A DNA stretch of 64,000 nucleotides from an uncultured Pseudomonadales bacterium (lineage in GTDB: Bacteria; Patescibacteriota; Microgenomatia; UBA1400; MFAQ01), in contig CAZDXN010000001.1 in assembly GCA_964509695.1 (NCBI GenBank), forward strand, positions 51,188-115,187, read 5' to 3'. The notes beneath the pieces were generated by a model. It saw only the letters and a list, made by a program, of their open reading frames with translations, ran no database searches and was not told where the DNA came from. Positions 47,992-56,319 of this stretch are shown in pieces. Numbering within the stretch: position 1 is the stretch's first letter; each line of letters starts with the position of its first letter. Made by a program: the position numbers and the translations under genes.

Positions 47992-49525
47992 AAAGAAAAT
48001 TATTCTAATTAGACCTCTCGTTTTTTCAAAGACGAGACCCTATTACGGTGCTCCACTCGCATTGTTGGCGATTTCCAAAATACTAGCAACCGAGGGTTAC
48101 AAGATAAAGATCATCGATCCGCTAACTCACAGGGACTATGTCACTGCTGTAGTTCGGGAAGCAAAAGACGCCATTTGCGTTGGTATTTCGGCCTTGACGG
48201 GATATTCTATTTTCGATGGATTACAAATTGCCCGGGCTGTCAAAAGGAAATATCCTAAACTTCCGGTCGTTTGGGGAGGCTGGCACCCGTCAATCCTCCC
48301 TCTTGAGACCATCAAAGACGAAAATGTCGATATTGTGGTCTACGGACAAGGCGAAAGAACCTTTACCGAATTGGTCCACTCCATAGAGAAAAATAAAACA
48401 TTAAAAAATATTAAGGGGATAATCTATAAAAATAAGAAGGGAAAAATAGTTCAAAATACACCGAGACCAATCGAATCGTTAGACAACTTCCCCCCCGTTC
48501 CTTATCACCTGATCGACGTAAAGAAATTTCTCGTCCCTCAAGAATACGGGAAAAGATCTCTAGTCTATTACACAAGTTTTGGTTGTCCTCATCGATGCAT
48601 TTTCTGTGTCGAACAAATCGTAAACAACCGTCATTGGGCCGGACTCTCTCCAGAGCGGGCCGTGGAAGAAATCACCGACATGAAACAAAAATACGGAATT
48701 GACTCAATCCAGATTATCGATAGTAATTTCTTTATCAATGAGGATAGGTCCCGGAGGTTCGCCCAACTCTTAATCGATCAAAAAGTGAACATAAAGTGGG
48801 GAAACGTGAACGGCAGAACTAGGCAGATGAGCCAATACAGAGATTCCACCTGGAAGCTAATGAAACAAAGCGGCCTCGAATGCATCCTGATCGGAGCCGA
48901 GTCGGGCAGCAACGAGACTCTGAAATATATGAAGAAAGATATCACCGTCGCTGACACTCTAAATTTGACCAAGTTCTGTGCCAGATATGACATAAAGATT
49001 CTTAGTTCGTTCTTAGTCGGATTTCCTCACTCAGCCGATCCAGAGAAATGTTACAAGATCACCGAAAAGGAACTAGCCACCTCTCTGAGGTTAATCGATA
49101 AAATGTTCAAGATCTATCCTCGAATTAGAATGATGTTTGCCTTATTCCTCCCCTATCCCAGCACCGCCTTGTTCGAAGAAAGCCGGAGAATGGGTTTAGA
49201 GATACCCGAAAGACTTGAAGATTGGCACGAATTTCTGATTGCGGCTGAAGATGCATCCAAAATCAGAGTCCGTCAAAAATGGATTACCCAGGAACAAGCG
49301 CGCCGGATCTTAATGATTTCTATCTATATATTTTTCTTTATGGATCCTGATTCATTCAATTTGGTCACCGCCAAAATTAATAATCCGTTGAAAAAAGCCT
49401 TTCTCCATTTTGGGTTCCAAGTTTTCAAAAAGATTGTTGACTTGCGTTGGAAATATAAATATTTTGGATTACCAATCGACTTTTGGTTTTATAATATTTT
49501 AAGAAAATATAGCGGTCTAGGATAA
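47978..49525 (+). CDS. B12-binding radical SAM protein (class B)
   Basis: TSFGCPHRCIFCV motif and B12-binding N-terminus. Confidence 0.75.
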   Translation: MPKSKKKIILIRPLVFSKTRPYYGAPLALLAISKILATEGYKIKIIDPLTHRDYVTAVVREAKDAICVGISALTGYSIFDGLQIARAVKRKYPKLPVVWGGWHPSILPLETIKDENVDIVVYGQGERTFTELVHSIEKNKTLKNIKGIIYKNKKGKIVQNTPRPIESLDNFPPVPYHLIDVKKFLVPQEYGKRSLVYYTSFGCPHRCIFCVEQIVNNRHWAGLSPERAVEEITDMKQKYGIDSIQIIDSNFFINEDRSRRFAQLLIDQKVNIKWGNVNGRTRQMSQYRDSTWKLMKQSGLECILIGAESGSNETLKYMKKDITVADTLNLTKFCARYDIKILSSFLVGFPHSADPEKCYKITEKELATSLRLIDKMFKIYPRIRMMFALFLPYPSTALFEESRRMGLEIPERLEDWHEFLIAAEDASKIRVRQKWITQEQARRILMISIYIFFFMDPDSFNLVTAKINNPLKKAFLHFGFQVFKKIVDLRWKYKYFGLPIDFWFYNILRKYSGLG

Positions 49526-49535
49526 AGTTCTCTCC

Positions 49536-50675
49536 ATGATGATTTTTATTGCCAATCAATTCGTAGGGAAAAATCTTTCAACAGGCGGAGATATCCTTGC
49601 CGTGGAAATGGCCAAGAGAATCAGGGGGAAACTGACAATACTTGCCCCAATTCAGATTCACGCGCAACTATCAAAGGCACTTCCGAAGGCAACTTTAATT
49701 ACCACCAATGCTTTGTATTCGTCCTCGGCTACAGCATCCACACTCTACGGTGGAATATCTATATTTATTAGCTATCTAATTCGATCGTGGAGAAGTACCT
49801 CGTGGCTTCTAAAGAACATCAAGAGCGGCGATCGAGTCTATCTAACTGGTGATTTTATTTGTAACACCCTACCAGCATGGATAATCAAGATGGTAAAGCC
49901 TGAAACAATAGTTCTCGCGAACTTTTATCATCGAAATCCAAGACCAAACGCACGTCTTGGAAACAACTACGTTGTCAGTGCCTTCTCGCGTTTCCTGCAA
50001 AATATTAGCCTAAAAATTCTAAGAAAGATAATCTTCAAAATCTTTGTTCTTTCAAAAGTTGGAGAGGGCGAGTTGGTCAATGAAGGGTTCATCTCTTCAC
50101 AAATCATTGTTTCTGGAGCAGGGACAAATATTGACAAACAAAGACGAAATCTAGCGAGGAAAAAAAATCAAATTGTTTTTGTGGGGAGAATAAATATTAC
50201 CAAGGGGGCATTCGATCTCATAGAGATCTTTAACCAAGTAGCCAAAAAGAACAATAAAGTCAGACTGATAATGCTCGGTGGATCATCAGGGGCAGACAAA
50301 TCAAAGTTGGAAAAGTTGATAAAGGACTATTCTTTAGGGGATAGGATCAGATATCTAGGGTTCGTAGACGAAATAACAAAAAACAAAATCTTGTCTGAGT
50401 CAAAAGCCTTGGTTTTACCATCGAAAGAAGAGGGCTTCGGAATTGTTATTATGGAAGCACTGGCTCTTAGAACACCAGCGGTCTGTTACGACTTACTGGC
50501 GCTAAAGACAATTTTTTCAAGATATCAATCAGTCAATTTTGTAAAAAAGTTTACGAAACAAAAGTTTGCAGACAAAATCATCAAAGTTGTGTCAGAAAAA
50601 AAAGAAGTCCCAGTAGAAAACCTAGGATCATGGGACGATGTTTACAAAATTCAGTCAAAATATTTTTCGCAATAG
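49536..50675 (+). CDS. GT4 family glycosyltransferase
   Basis: KEEGFGIVIMEALALRTPAVCYD GT4 signature. Confidence 0.7.
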   Translation: MMIFIANQFVGKNLSTGGDILAVEMAKRIRGKLTILAPIQIHAQLSKALPKATLITTNALYSSSATASTLYGGISIFISYLIRSWRSTSWLLKNIKSGDRVYLTGDFICNTLPAWIIKMVKPETIVLANFYHRNPRPNARLGNNYVVSAFSRFLQNISLKILRKIIFKIFVLSKVGEGELVNEGFISSQIIVSGAGTNIDKQRRNLARKKNQIVFVGRINITKGAFDLIEIFNQVAKKNNKVRLIMLGGSSGADKSKLEKLIKDYSLGDRIRYLGFVDEITKNKILSESKALVLPSKEEGFGIVIMEALALRTPAVCYDLLALKTIFSRYQSVNFVKKFTKQKFADKIIKVVSEKKEVPVENLGSWDDVYKIQSKYFSQ

Positions 50676-50679
50676 ATAA

Positions 50680-52863
50680 ATGAAAGAAATACTCAATAAA
50701 ATTGTCCGTCCCGCGATTCCATTATTTCCACTGTTGCTTATTACCGCGATCTTCATTCTTCCGCTTACCAAACCGGGGTTGATTGTTGGAGGCGACTGGA
50801 CCTTTCCCTCCTCCAACCAAGAGCTTCGGGTCTTTGGCGACCGAGCCTTTTCGGTTTGGGTCAACGCTGAAATACCCTTCGGAACACAAGTCTCTCATAA
50901 CAATCTATATTTGTTTCAGATACTTGCCCACCTTTGGGCATCGATCGGATTTAACGGAATAAGCTTCCAAAAGATTACCCTTTTTCTAACAATCTTTGGC
51001 ATTTATGTGTTTTCGTATCGTTTACTTTTAAAGCTCACCAGATCTCCGTTTGCGTCCGTGGTGGGGGCCATGAGTTACCTCTTTTCTCCCATCGTCTTCA
51101 ACTACCTCAATATGGGCTGGAACTATGTCTTGCTTTTTTTGGCCCTCGCCCCTCTCTTTACCCAAATTGCCCTCGACTTCTTCAAAGACGGAAAAAAGAA
51201 ACACATCATCGCCCTTGGCCTAATCTCGGCCATAAGCTTCTTCCAATCCCAATCGATTGTTTGGCTCCCCCTTATTTTTATCTGTATTTTCATCTCTCAA
51301 GTCACTAGAAAAAATTTATTAAAAAACCTTCTGCGTTTCGGCACGGCCTCAATCGGAATCGTCATAATCGTTCTCATCGTTCATCTGCCTTGGCTTCTCC
51401 CCATAATTCTAAACCCCGGCAATATCATTAACAGCACATCAGCAATTGACCTGAAAAGGTTTTCGGAGGTACTCTCAATATCAAATCAATTCCGTCTCTG
51501 GGGGAGTCTATACAACCAAGAATTTGAGCTGGCTTTTCCCCAGGTACTGGTTCTGTTTCCCTTTGCCCCAATCCTAATTTGTGTCCTCTCACCACTATTG
51601 TCCTCGTTTGAAAAAAAAAGGCTGCCGGCTTACCTCCTCGTGTTGCTACTGATATCAATTGCCCCCACACTATACATCTTCCGTGGAGCGATCGCCGACC
51701 TCCCGTTCGCCGCGGTGGTCAGGGATATCAGTAGATTTCTTGTAATTACTTCCCTGGGCTTTTCGTTGGGAATCGCGCTTACACTCTCCGTCAACAAAGG
51801 TCGATTGGGCCGGGTAATTATTTGCATTGTATTAATTCTTTCGGCAATACCGTATTTTCTTGGTAGATTATATACACTAACCGGTGACCCATCGCCGCAA
51901 TCGAACGAGTATAAGGATTTTCGCGCCAGGCTACTATCCCTTCCCGAAATAGAAAACGAATCAACGCTCCCACTTTCTAACCAAACAAACATTTTTTTGC
52001 CCACGGGGGGATTTATCTTCACAAAAACTGACACCCGGTTCAATCGTGACTTTTGGAGTATTGCTGACATCCAAGGCAATTTTTCTCCGATCGCATCGGG
52101 AATGTATTTCACCGATAAGAGCGATTTTCTGATATCCAACCTTGTCCAAAATTATTCGCTGGTAAGTAACAATATTGACCTTTTGACCGCTTTCTTTCGA
52201 GTCTACGGGATTAACAACCTTGTTTATCGTTCTGGACTCGAATCGACTTACAAATCGCAGTTAGATCGTGACGGCATCCAAAAAAAATGTCAGGCAGTCC
52301 TTCCGGAAAGTGATTCTGATTGGTCCATTACCTCGATTTGTACCATTAAAGATACTTACCCCCTCATTTATGCTTCTGTATTACCCCGATATTCAGCCAG
52401 ACCGTTTAGTGAGATATTGTCTGAAAAAAATAATCAAGACCGCATCGTCATTTTGGGCTGTCCGAAAATGATAAAAGAGAAAAGTATTATTTGTAATATT
52501 GGCAAAGTTGATAATTTAGCCTCTACCGCCCCATCCCTGAAGTTTAATAAAATCTCCGAGACGAAGTACCGTCTCGAAGTCGAGGATATCAGGGGGAAAT
52601 TTTTATTAGTTTTTAATCAAACGTATCATCCTGGCTGGGTTATTCGAAGTAAGTTTGGGGAAAAGCTAAACCTTCCCCACATTCTGGTAAATCAATTGGT
52701 TAATGGTTGGGTGGTGGATCCGGCAGGGGATCTGGACAAGGAAGAATACATTATCGAGTTTTACCCTCAGATGCTCTACTCGGGACTATTGCCGATCTCG
52801 TTAATTAGTATCCTAATTATGCTGCTCTACCTCGTCTACCAATCGAAATCAAAAAGTCAATGA
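50680..52863 (+). CDS. Large polytopic membrane protein, YfhO-like GT-C candidate (paralog of 29224..32040)
   Basis: Multi-TM N-terminus and an extracytoplasmic C-terminal domain. The FNQTYHPGWVI...VNQLVNGWVV...EFYPQ block and terminal TM helix are shared with 29224. Confidence 0.5.
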   Translation: MKEILNKIVRPAIPLFPLLLITAIFILPLTKPGLIVGGDWTFPSSNQELRVFGDRAFSVWVNAEIPFGTQVSHNNLYLFQILAHLWASIGFNGISFQKITLFLTIFGIYVFSYRLLLKLTRSPFASVVGAMSYLFSPIVFNYLNMGWNYVLLFLALAPLFTQIALDFFKDGKKKHIIALGLISAISFFQSQSIVWLPLIFICIFISQVTRKNLLKNLLRFGTASIGIVIIVLIVHLPWLLPIILNPGNIINSTSAIDLKRFSEVLSISNQFRLWGSLYNQEFELAFPQVLVLFPFAPILICVLSPLLSSFEKKRLPAYLLVLLLISIAPTLYIFRGAIADLPFAAVVRDISRFLVITSLGFSLGIALTLSVNKGRLGRVIICIVLILSAIPYFLGRLYTLTGDPSPQSNEYKDFRARLLSLPEIENESTLPLSNQTNIFLPTGGFIFTKTDTRFNRDFWSIADIQGNFSPIASGMYFTDKSDFLISNLVQNYSLVSNNIDLLTAFFRVYGINNLVYRSGLESTYKSQLDRDGIQKKCQAVLPESDSDWSITSICTIKDTYPLIYASVLPRYSARPFSEILSEKNNQDRIVILGCPKMIKEKSIICNIGKVDNLASTAPSLKFNKISETKYRLEVEDIRGKFLLVFNQTYHPGWVIRSKFGEKLNLPHILVNQLVNGWVVDPAGDLDKEEYIIEFYPQMLYSGLLPISLISILIMLLYLVYQSKSKSQ

Positions 52864-53771
52864 AAAACAAGCGATCGATCTTCATCGCCATGTCATTGTT
52901 TTTATATGGACTGGTAACCTTCGGGTCTTTTTTGAGGAACTACGAACCCGGCCTGTCAATATTGATCCATGAACACCCCAACCTATTTCTGAAAAATACC
53001 CCGATGCTCGCGGGGAACAAAGTAACCTTCGAAATTGTGTCCCCCCACAACGGACTTGGCATCGTTGCGGTGCGTTTCAGAACATACGGGAGAGTAAACG
53101 ACGATGTCCTGACGTTTCGGATGAAGCCAAAGGGTGCCTCGACCTGGACATACTCCGCAAATTACAAGACAGATCAGTTCCAAGATGGGAAGCTTTTTCC
53201 GTTTGGTTACCCAGTAATCCCGGATTCAAAAAATGGAACCTACTTGATCCAGTTGGAATCACTATCCGGTACTGAGGACAATCATGTTTCCGTAGATACC
53301 GGTAACCCAATCATCGTCAGTAAATATCATTATCCCCAAACAACATCAAAGAATATCCAGTTTGGTTTCAGGAAAGCCTTCAACCTTCTCTCCAACTCCT
53401 CTACAGCCTTTCCCATATTATTTTATTTTTGCCCGTTTTTATTATATTTACTCAATTTATTTTCAATATTCAAAAGAAAAAAACCCTCGTATTTCTCGAT
53501 TCTATTTCCCGCAACGCTGATGCTATCAGCTTACTTCCTCAAGCTTCCCGTTCCTGATTACTGGGAACTCACGCTGGCACTAACCTGGCTTGTTTATGTT
53601 TTGGTAAGCAAAGTATCTTATCGCTTCAGTGTTGCGCTGTCTTTGCTTGCGGCTCTCTATCTGGTGATCCAGTCCCTCAAGAACGATGCCTTCGATGTTG
53701 ATCAGGCTGGGCAATGGCTCTACTACAGTCTTCTTCTGGCCATAATCCAAGTTAAAGCCAAAAGCTATTAG
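52860..53771 (+). CDS. Membrane-anchored protein with the conserved uncharacterised FRTYGRVNDD/YKTDQFQ/LFPFGYP domain
   Basis: N-terminal TM helix, then GIVAVRFRTYGRVNDDVLTF...YKTDQFQDGKLFPFGYPVIPDSKNG, then C-terminal TM helices. Confidence 0.5.
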   Translation: MKNKRSIFIAMSLFLYGLVTFGSFLRNYEPGLSILIHEHPNLFLKNTPMLAGNKVTFEIVSPHNGLGIVAVRFRTYGRVNDDVLTFRMKPKGASTWTYSANYKTDQFQDGKLFPFGYPVIPDSKNGTYLIQLESLSGTEDNHVSVDTGNPIIVSKYHYPQTTSKNIQFGFRKAFNLLSNSSTAFPILFYFCPFLLYLLNLFSIFKRKKPSYFSILFPATLMLSAYFLKLPVPDYWELTLALTWLVYVLVSKVSYRFSVALSLLAALYLVIQSLKNDAFDVDQAGQWLYYSLLLAIIQVKAKSY

Positions 53772-54280
53772 ATTTTTTTAACAAACCTTGCCGGGTTTCC
53801 CGCCCAGATCTCGTCTCTGGGAATATTTTTATTTACCAGAGATAATGCGCCTATGATACTATTGTCACCAATATTAACTCCGGGAAGGATGACACTTCCG
53901 GCTCCGATCCAAACGTTTCTCCCGATTATTATCTCTTTTCCGACCACTCCTAGACTGCCGATCGGCGCCCCTCTCCTATACTTGTAATTTGCCGAGTACA
54001 GTTGGACGTAGGGAGATAGTTTGGTATTGTCGCCAATAGTGATGCCAAAATCACCGTAAAGATTACACCCCTGATTGATATCTACGCGATTTCCCAGCTC
54101 GATGTTATACGTCCCGCCAAACGAGACGTCCCGGCAGATATAAACCCACCCACTGACCTTCTTGAAAGCAAAATAATAGAAATAGTACCTTAATATCGCG
54201 AGAAGGTGTTGCGGTATCCGTTCAAGGATGACCGGCAGTAGTCTCAAAGAAAATCTCCTGGACTGAACGTAAGGTATCAT
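53768..54280 (-). CDS. Hexapeptide-repeat (LbH) sugar O-acetyltransferase
   Basis: GRNVWIGAGSVILPGVNIGDNSIIGALSLV hexapeptide repeats. Confidence 0.75.
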   Translation of the reverse strand: MIPYVQSRRFSLRLLPVILERIPQHLLAILRYYFYYFAFKKVSGWVYICRDVSFGGTYNIELGNRVDINQGCNLYGDFGITIGDNTKLSPYVQLYSANYKYRRGAPIGSLGVVGKEIIIGRNVWIGAGSVILPGVNIGDNSIIGALSLVNKNIPRDEIWAGNPARFVKKI

Positions 54281-54598
54281 ATACTTATAGATGAAAACAA
54301 AGCATTCTCTAATAATAATCGGTCTGATAATTTTATTCTTTACTCCTTCATTAGTAAATCATATTTCGCAGTTTCTAAATTTTTTTCGTTTGCTAGGACT
54401 CCGCAATCGATCGTCTTCTATCGACCGATTCCTACCCAAGTTTTAGCTGGACAGACAAAGAAGTCGTCTTCAGAACAGACCCAACCCTGACAGAGTCCGG
54501 AAAAATTAGACTGGTCAATATTGATGGGATCCAAAGCAATGAAGTAGATTTTACTTATACCCCTCCAAAGTAGCAGAGATCAGTGGCCATTTGACCGC

Positions 54599-55486
54599 CT
54601 AATGGTGTTTTCCGCTCTCAAATAGTTCCACCGGTGACTTTTCCTTAAGTCTCTTGTGGGGAAAGTAATTCCAGATATCGCCAAAAAGCTGGTAATGTTT
54701 GAAAAATGGTTTTTCTGGAATTCCCATTTTGATTAGGTCGGTATAAAAATCGGCTTCGTTGTGGTTATAGTTTTCAACAAAAACAAAATCGACGACCTCA
54801 TCGAAAGTAGGGGTGAATCCATAACGACTGGCTAAGAGTGAATATCGTTTTTGGATCTTTTTACGGGATTTTTCCAGCTCTTGAGGGTTTTTGGGCAAAT
54901 CCTCAAAAGGAGTCTTTTCTTTCCTTTTGGTCATTAGCAAGTTGAGGGCGATCTTGGCGGTAAATTCGTCAGCGCCATTCTCTTTCAGGAAAATTTTTCT
55001 GGCTCTCGGAGTGTTGGTGATCGGGAAAAAGACGGGATCGCTACCTACAAATATCCATCTACCATCCACCATCGCCGCCCTATTCCAGAAACTCCCCTTC
55101 CCAGGAAAGTTCGAGGAGAGAGCCTTGTCAAAAACTTTATAAGTGTCTCCGCTGTATAGGCCATATACGGTGACGTATTGTCCGCGCCTACTTTCGACTT
55201 CAAACATCTGGAAAGTTTGCGTCTTAATTACTTGTTCAAGTTCAGCCAATTGATTCTCGGCTAATAAATCTGGGTTTTTGAGGTAGTATTCGGTCAGCCA
55301 ATTCCTCGACGCGTCAATCCTGAAGTCGAAAATAAGCCATTCATTGAATAGCAAGGTAATCTGCGCGAAATCAGGTGAATTTTGGTCGATGTATTTATCA
55401 TCAAAAAATTCGGAAACAGCCCGTTTCATCAAGTTCGGATTACGATAGGCGTAAGCAATGATTTTACTTAGCCTTATTTTAAGCAT
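54599..55486 (-). CDS. Hypothetical protein (295 aa), no recognisable motif
   Basis: Long ORF with coding-like composition and no TM segments. It lies adjacent to the second abiE pair. Confidence 0.4.
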   Translation of the reverse strand: MLKIRLSKIIAYAYRNPNLMKRAVSEFFDDKYIDQNSPDFAQITLLFNEWLIFDFRIDASRNWLTEYYLKNPDLLAENQLAELEQVIKTQTFQMFEVESRRGQYVTVYGLYSGDTYKVFDKALSSNFPGKGSFWNRAAMVDGRWIFVGSDPVFFPITNTPRARKIFLKENGADEFTAKIALNLLMTKRKEKTPFEDLPKNPQELEKSRKKIQKRYSLLASRYGFTPTFDEVVDFVFVENYNHNEADFYTDLIKMGIPEKPFFKHYQLFGDIWNYFPHKRLKEKSPVELFESGKHH

Positions 55487-55539
55487 AATCAGTATTATAA
55501 TCCATGGGCAATAGTTCCTAAAAAACGGAATAATATTGA

Positions 55540-56319
55540 TTACTCCAAACTTGTTTGCTCAAACAGCTTCTTAAAGTAGCGGATTTTATCGATGTCGCTA
55601 TCAATCAAAATAAACGGTTTGACATCACTTGCTAGTTCTTCGAAATCGAGCGTCTCCAGATAATCCATGATCTTTGTCTTGATCGCGGACAGATCACCAG
55701 TTCCAAACTTTGCCCCCAAGAACTCTTTATCCGGTTTGGTATTTTGAAGAAGGAAAATAATATCGTAAAAATCTCGACCTTTCGCTCTCGCTCTGTTTGT
55801 GATCGTCCAGAGTTTTTGTGCCAGAATTATTGGCTTTGGCGTAATTGTTATCAGCTTGGTGATATCAAACTTATTCAAGACAAAACTCTCGGTAGCATAA
55901 TTTACCTGCTGGTCAAATGTGTCCACCCGAATCAAAATCTTTTCGTCAACATATCCGGACATCTTACTCTCTTGCAAAAGATTTGGGAATTTAATTTTGC
56001 AGTGGAAAGCTCCTTTGTTAACGATACTAATTTCTACCTTCAAACCAAGTTTCTCTAGCTCTTTGGCGATATATTGCGATAAAAGTATAAATTCTCCTTC
56101 CGTTAGATTTTTGTTGTCAAAATCCAAATCTTCAGAAAATCTTTTTGAGTCGTAGACAATTCGCAAACATGTTCCACCCAGAAAAGATAATTTTCGCCCA
56201 ATTTTGTGAGAAAAAATAAGGCTTAATATCAGATATTGAAGATATTCTCTCAGCAACCCACGGTTATATTTGTGGATATCAGACGGGTAAAACTTCTTTA
56301 TTTCTTCAATCGAAATCAT
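55540..56319 (-). CDS. abiEii: AbiEii/AbiGii-family nucleotidyltransferase toxin, second copy
   Basis: LSFLGGTCLRIVYDSKRFSEDLDFD motif. Confidence 0.75.
   Translation of the reverse strand: MISIEEIKKFYPSDIHKYNRGLLREYLQYLILSLIFSHKIGRKLSFLGGTCLRIVYDSKRFSEDLDFDNKNLTEGEFILLSQYIAKELEKLGLKVEISIVNKGAFHCKIKFPNLLQESKMSGYVDEKILIRVDTFDQQVNYATESFVLNKFDITKLITITPKPIILAQKLWTITNRARAKGRDFYDIIFLLQNTKPDKEFLGAKFGTGDLSAIKTKIMDYLETLDFEELASDVKPFILIDSDIDKIRYFKKLFEQTSLE

Noticed and set aside
51428-52149. Minus-strand ORFs 51428..51670, 51630..52139 and 51961..52149
   Set aside because: They are antisense to the YfhO-like gene 50680..52863, which is supported by paralogy with 29224..32040.
55487-55540. Possible fourth copy of the direct repeat next to the second abiE pair (ggaataatattgattac)
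   Set aside because: Only about 14 nt of AT-rich similarity to copy c, which is indistinguishable from chance in 40% GC DNA.
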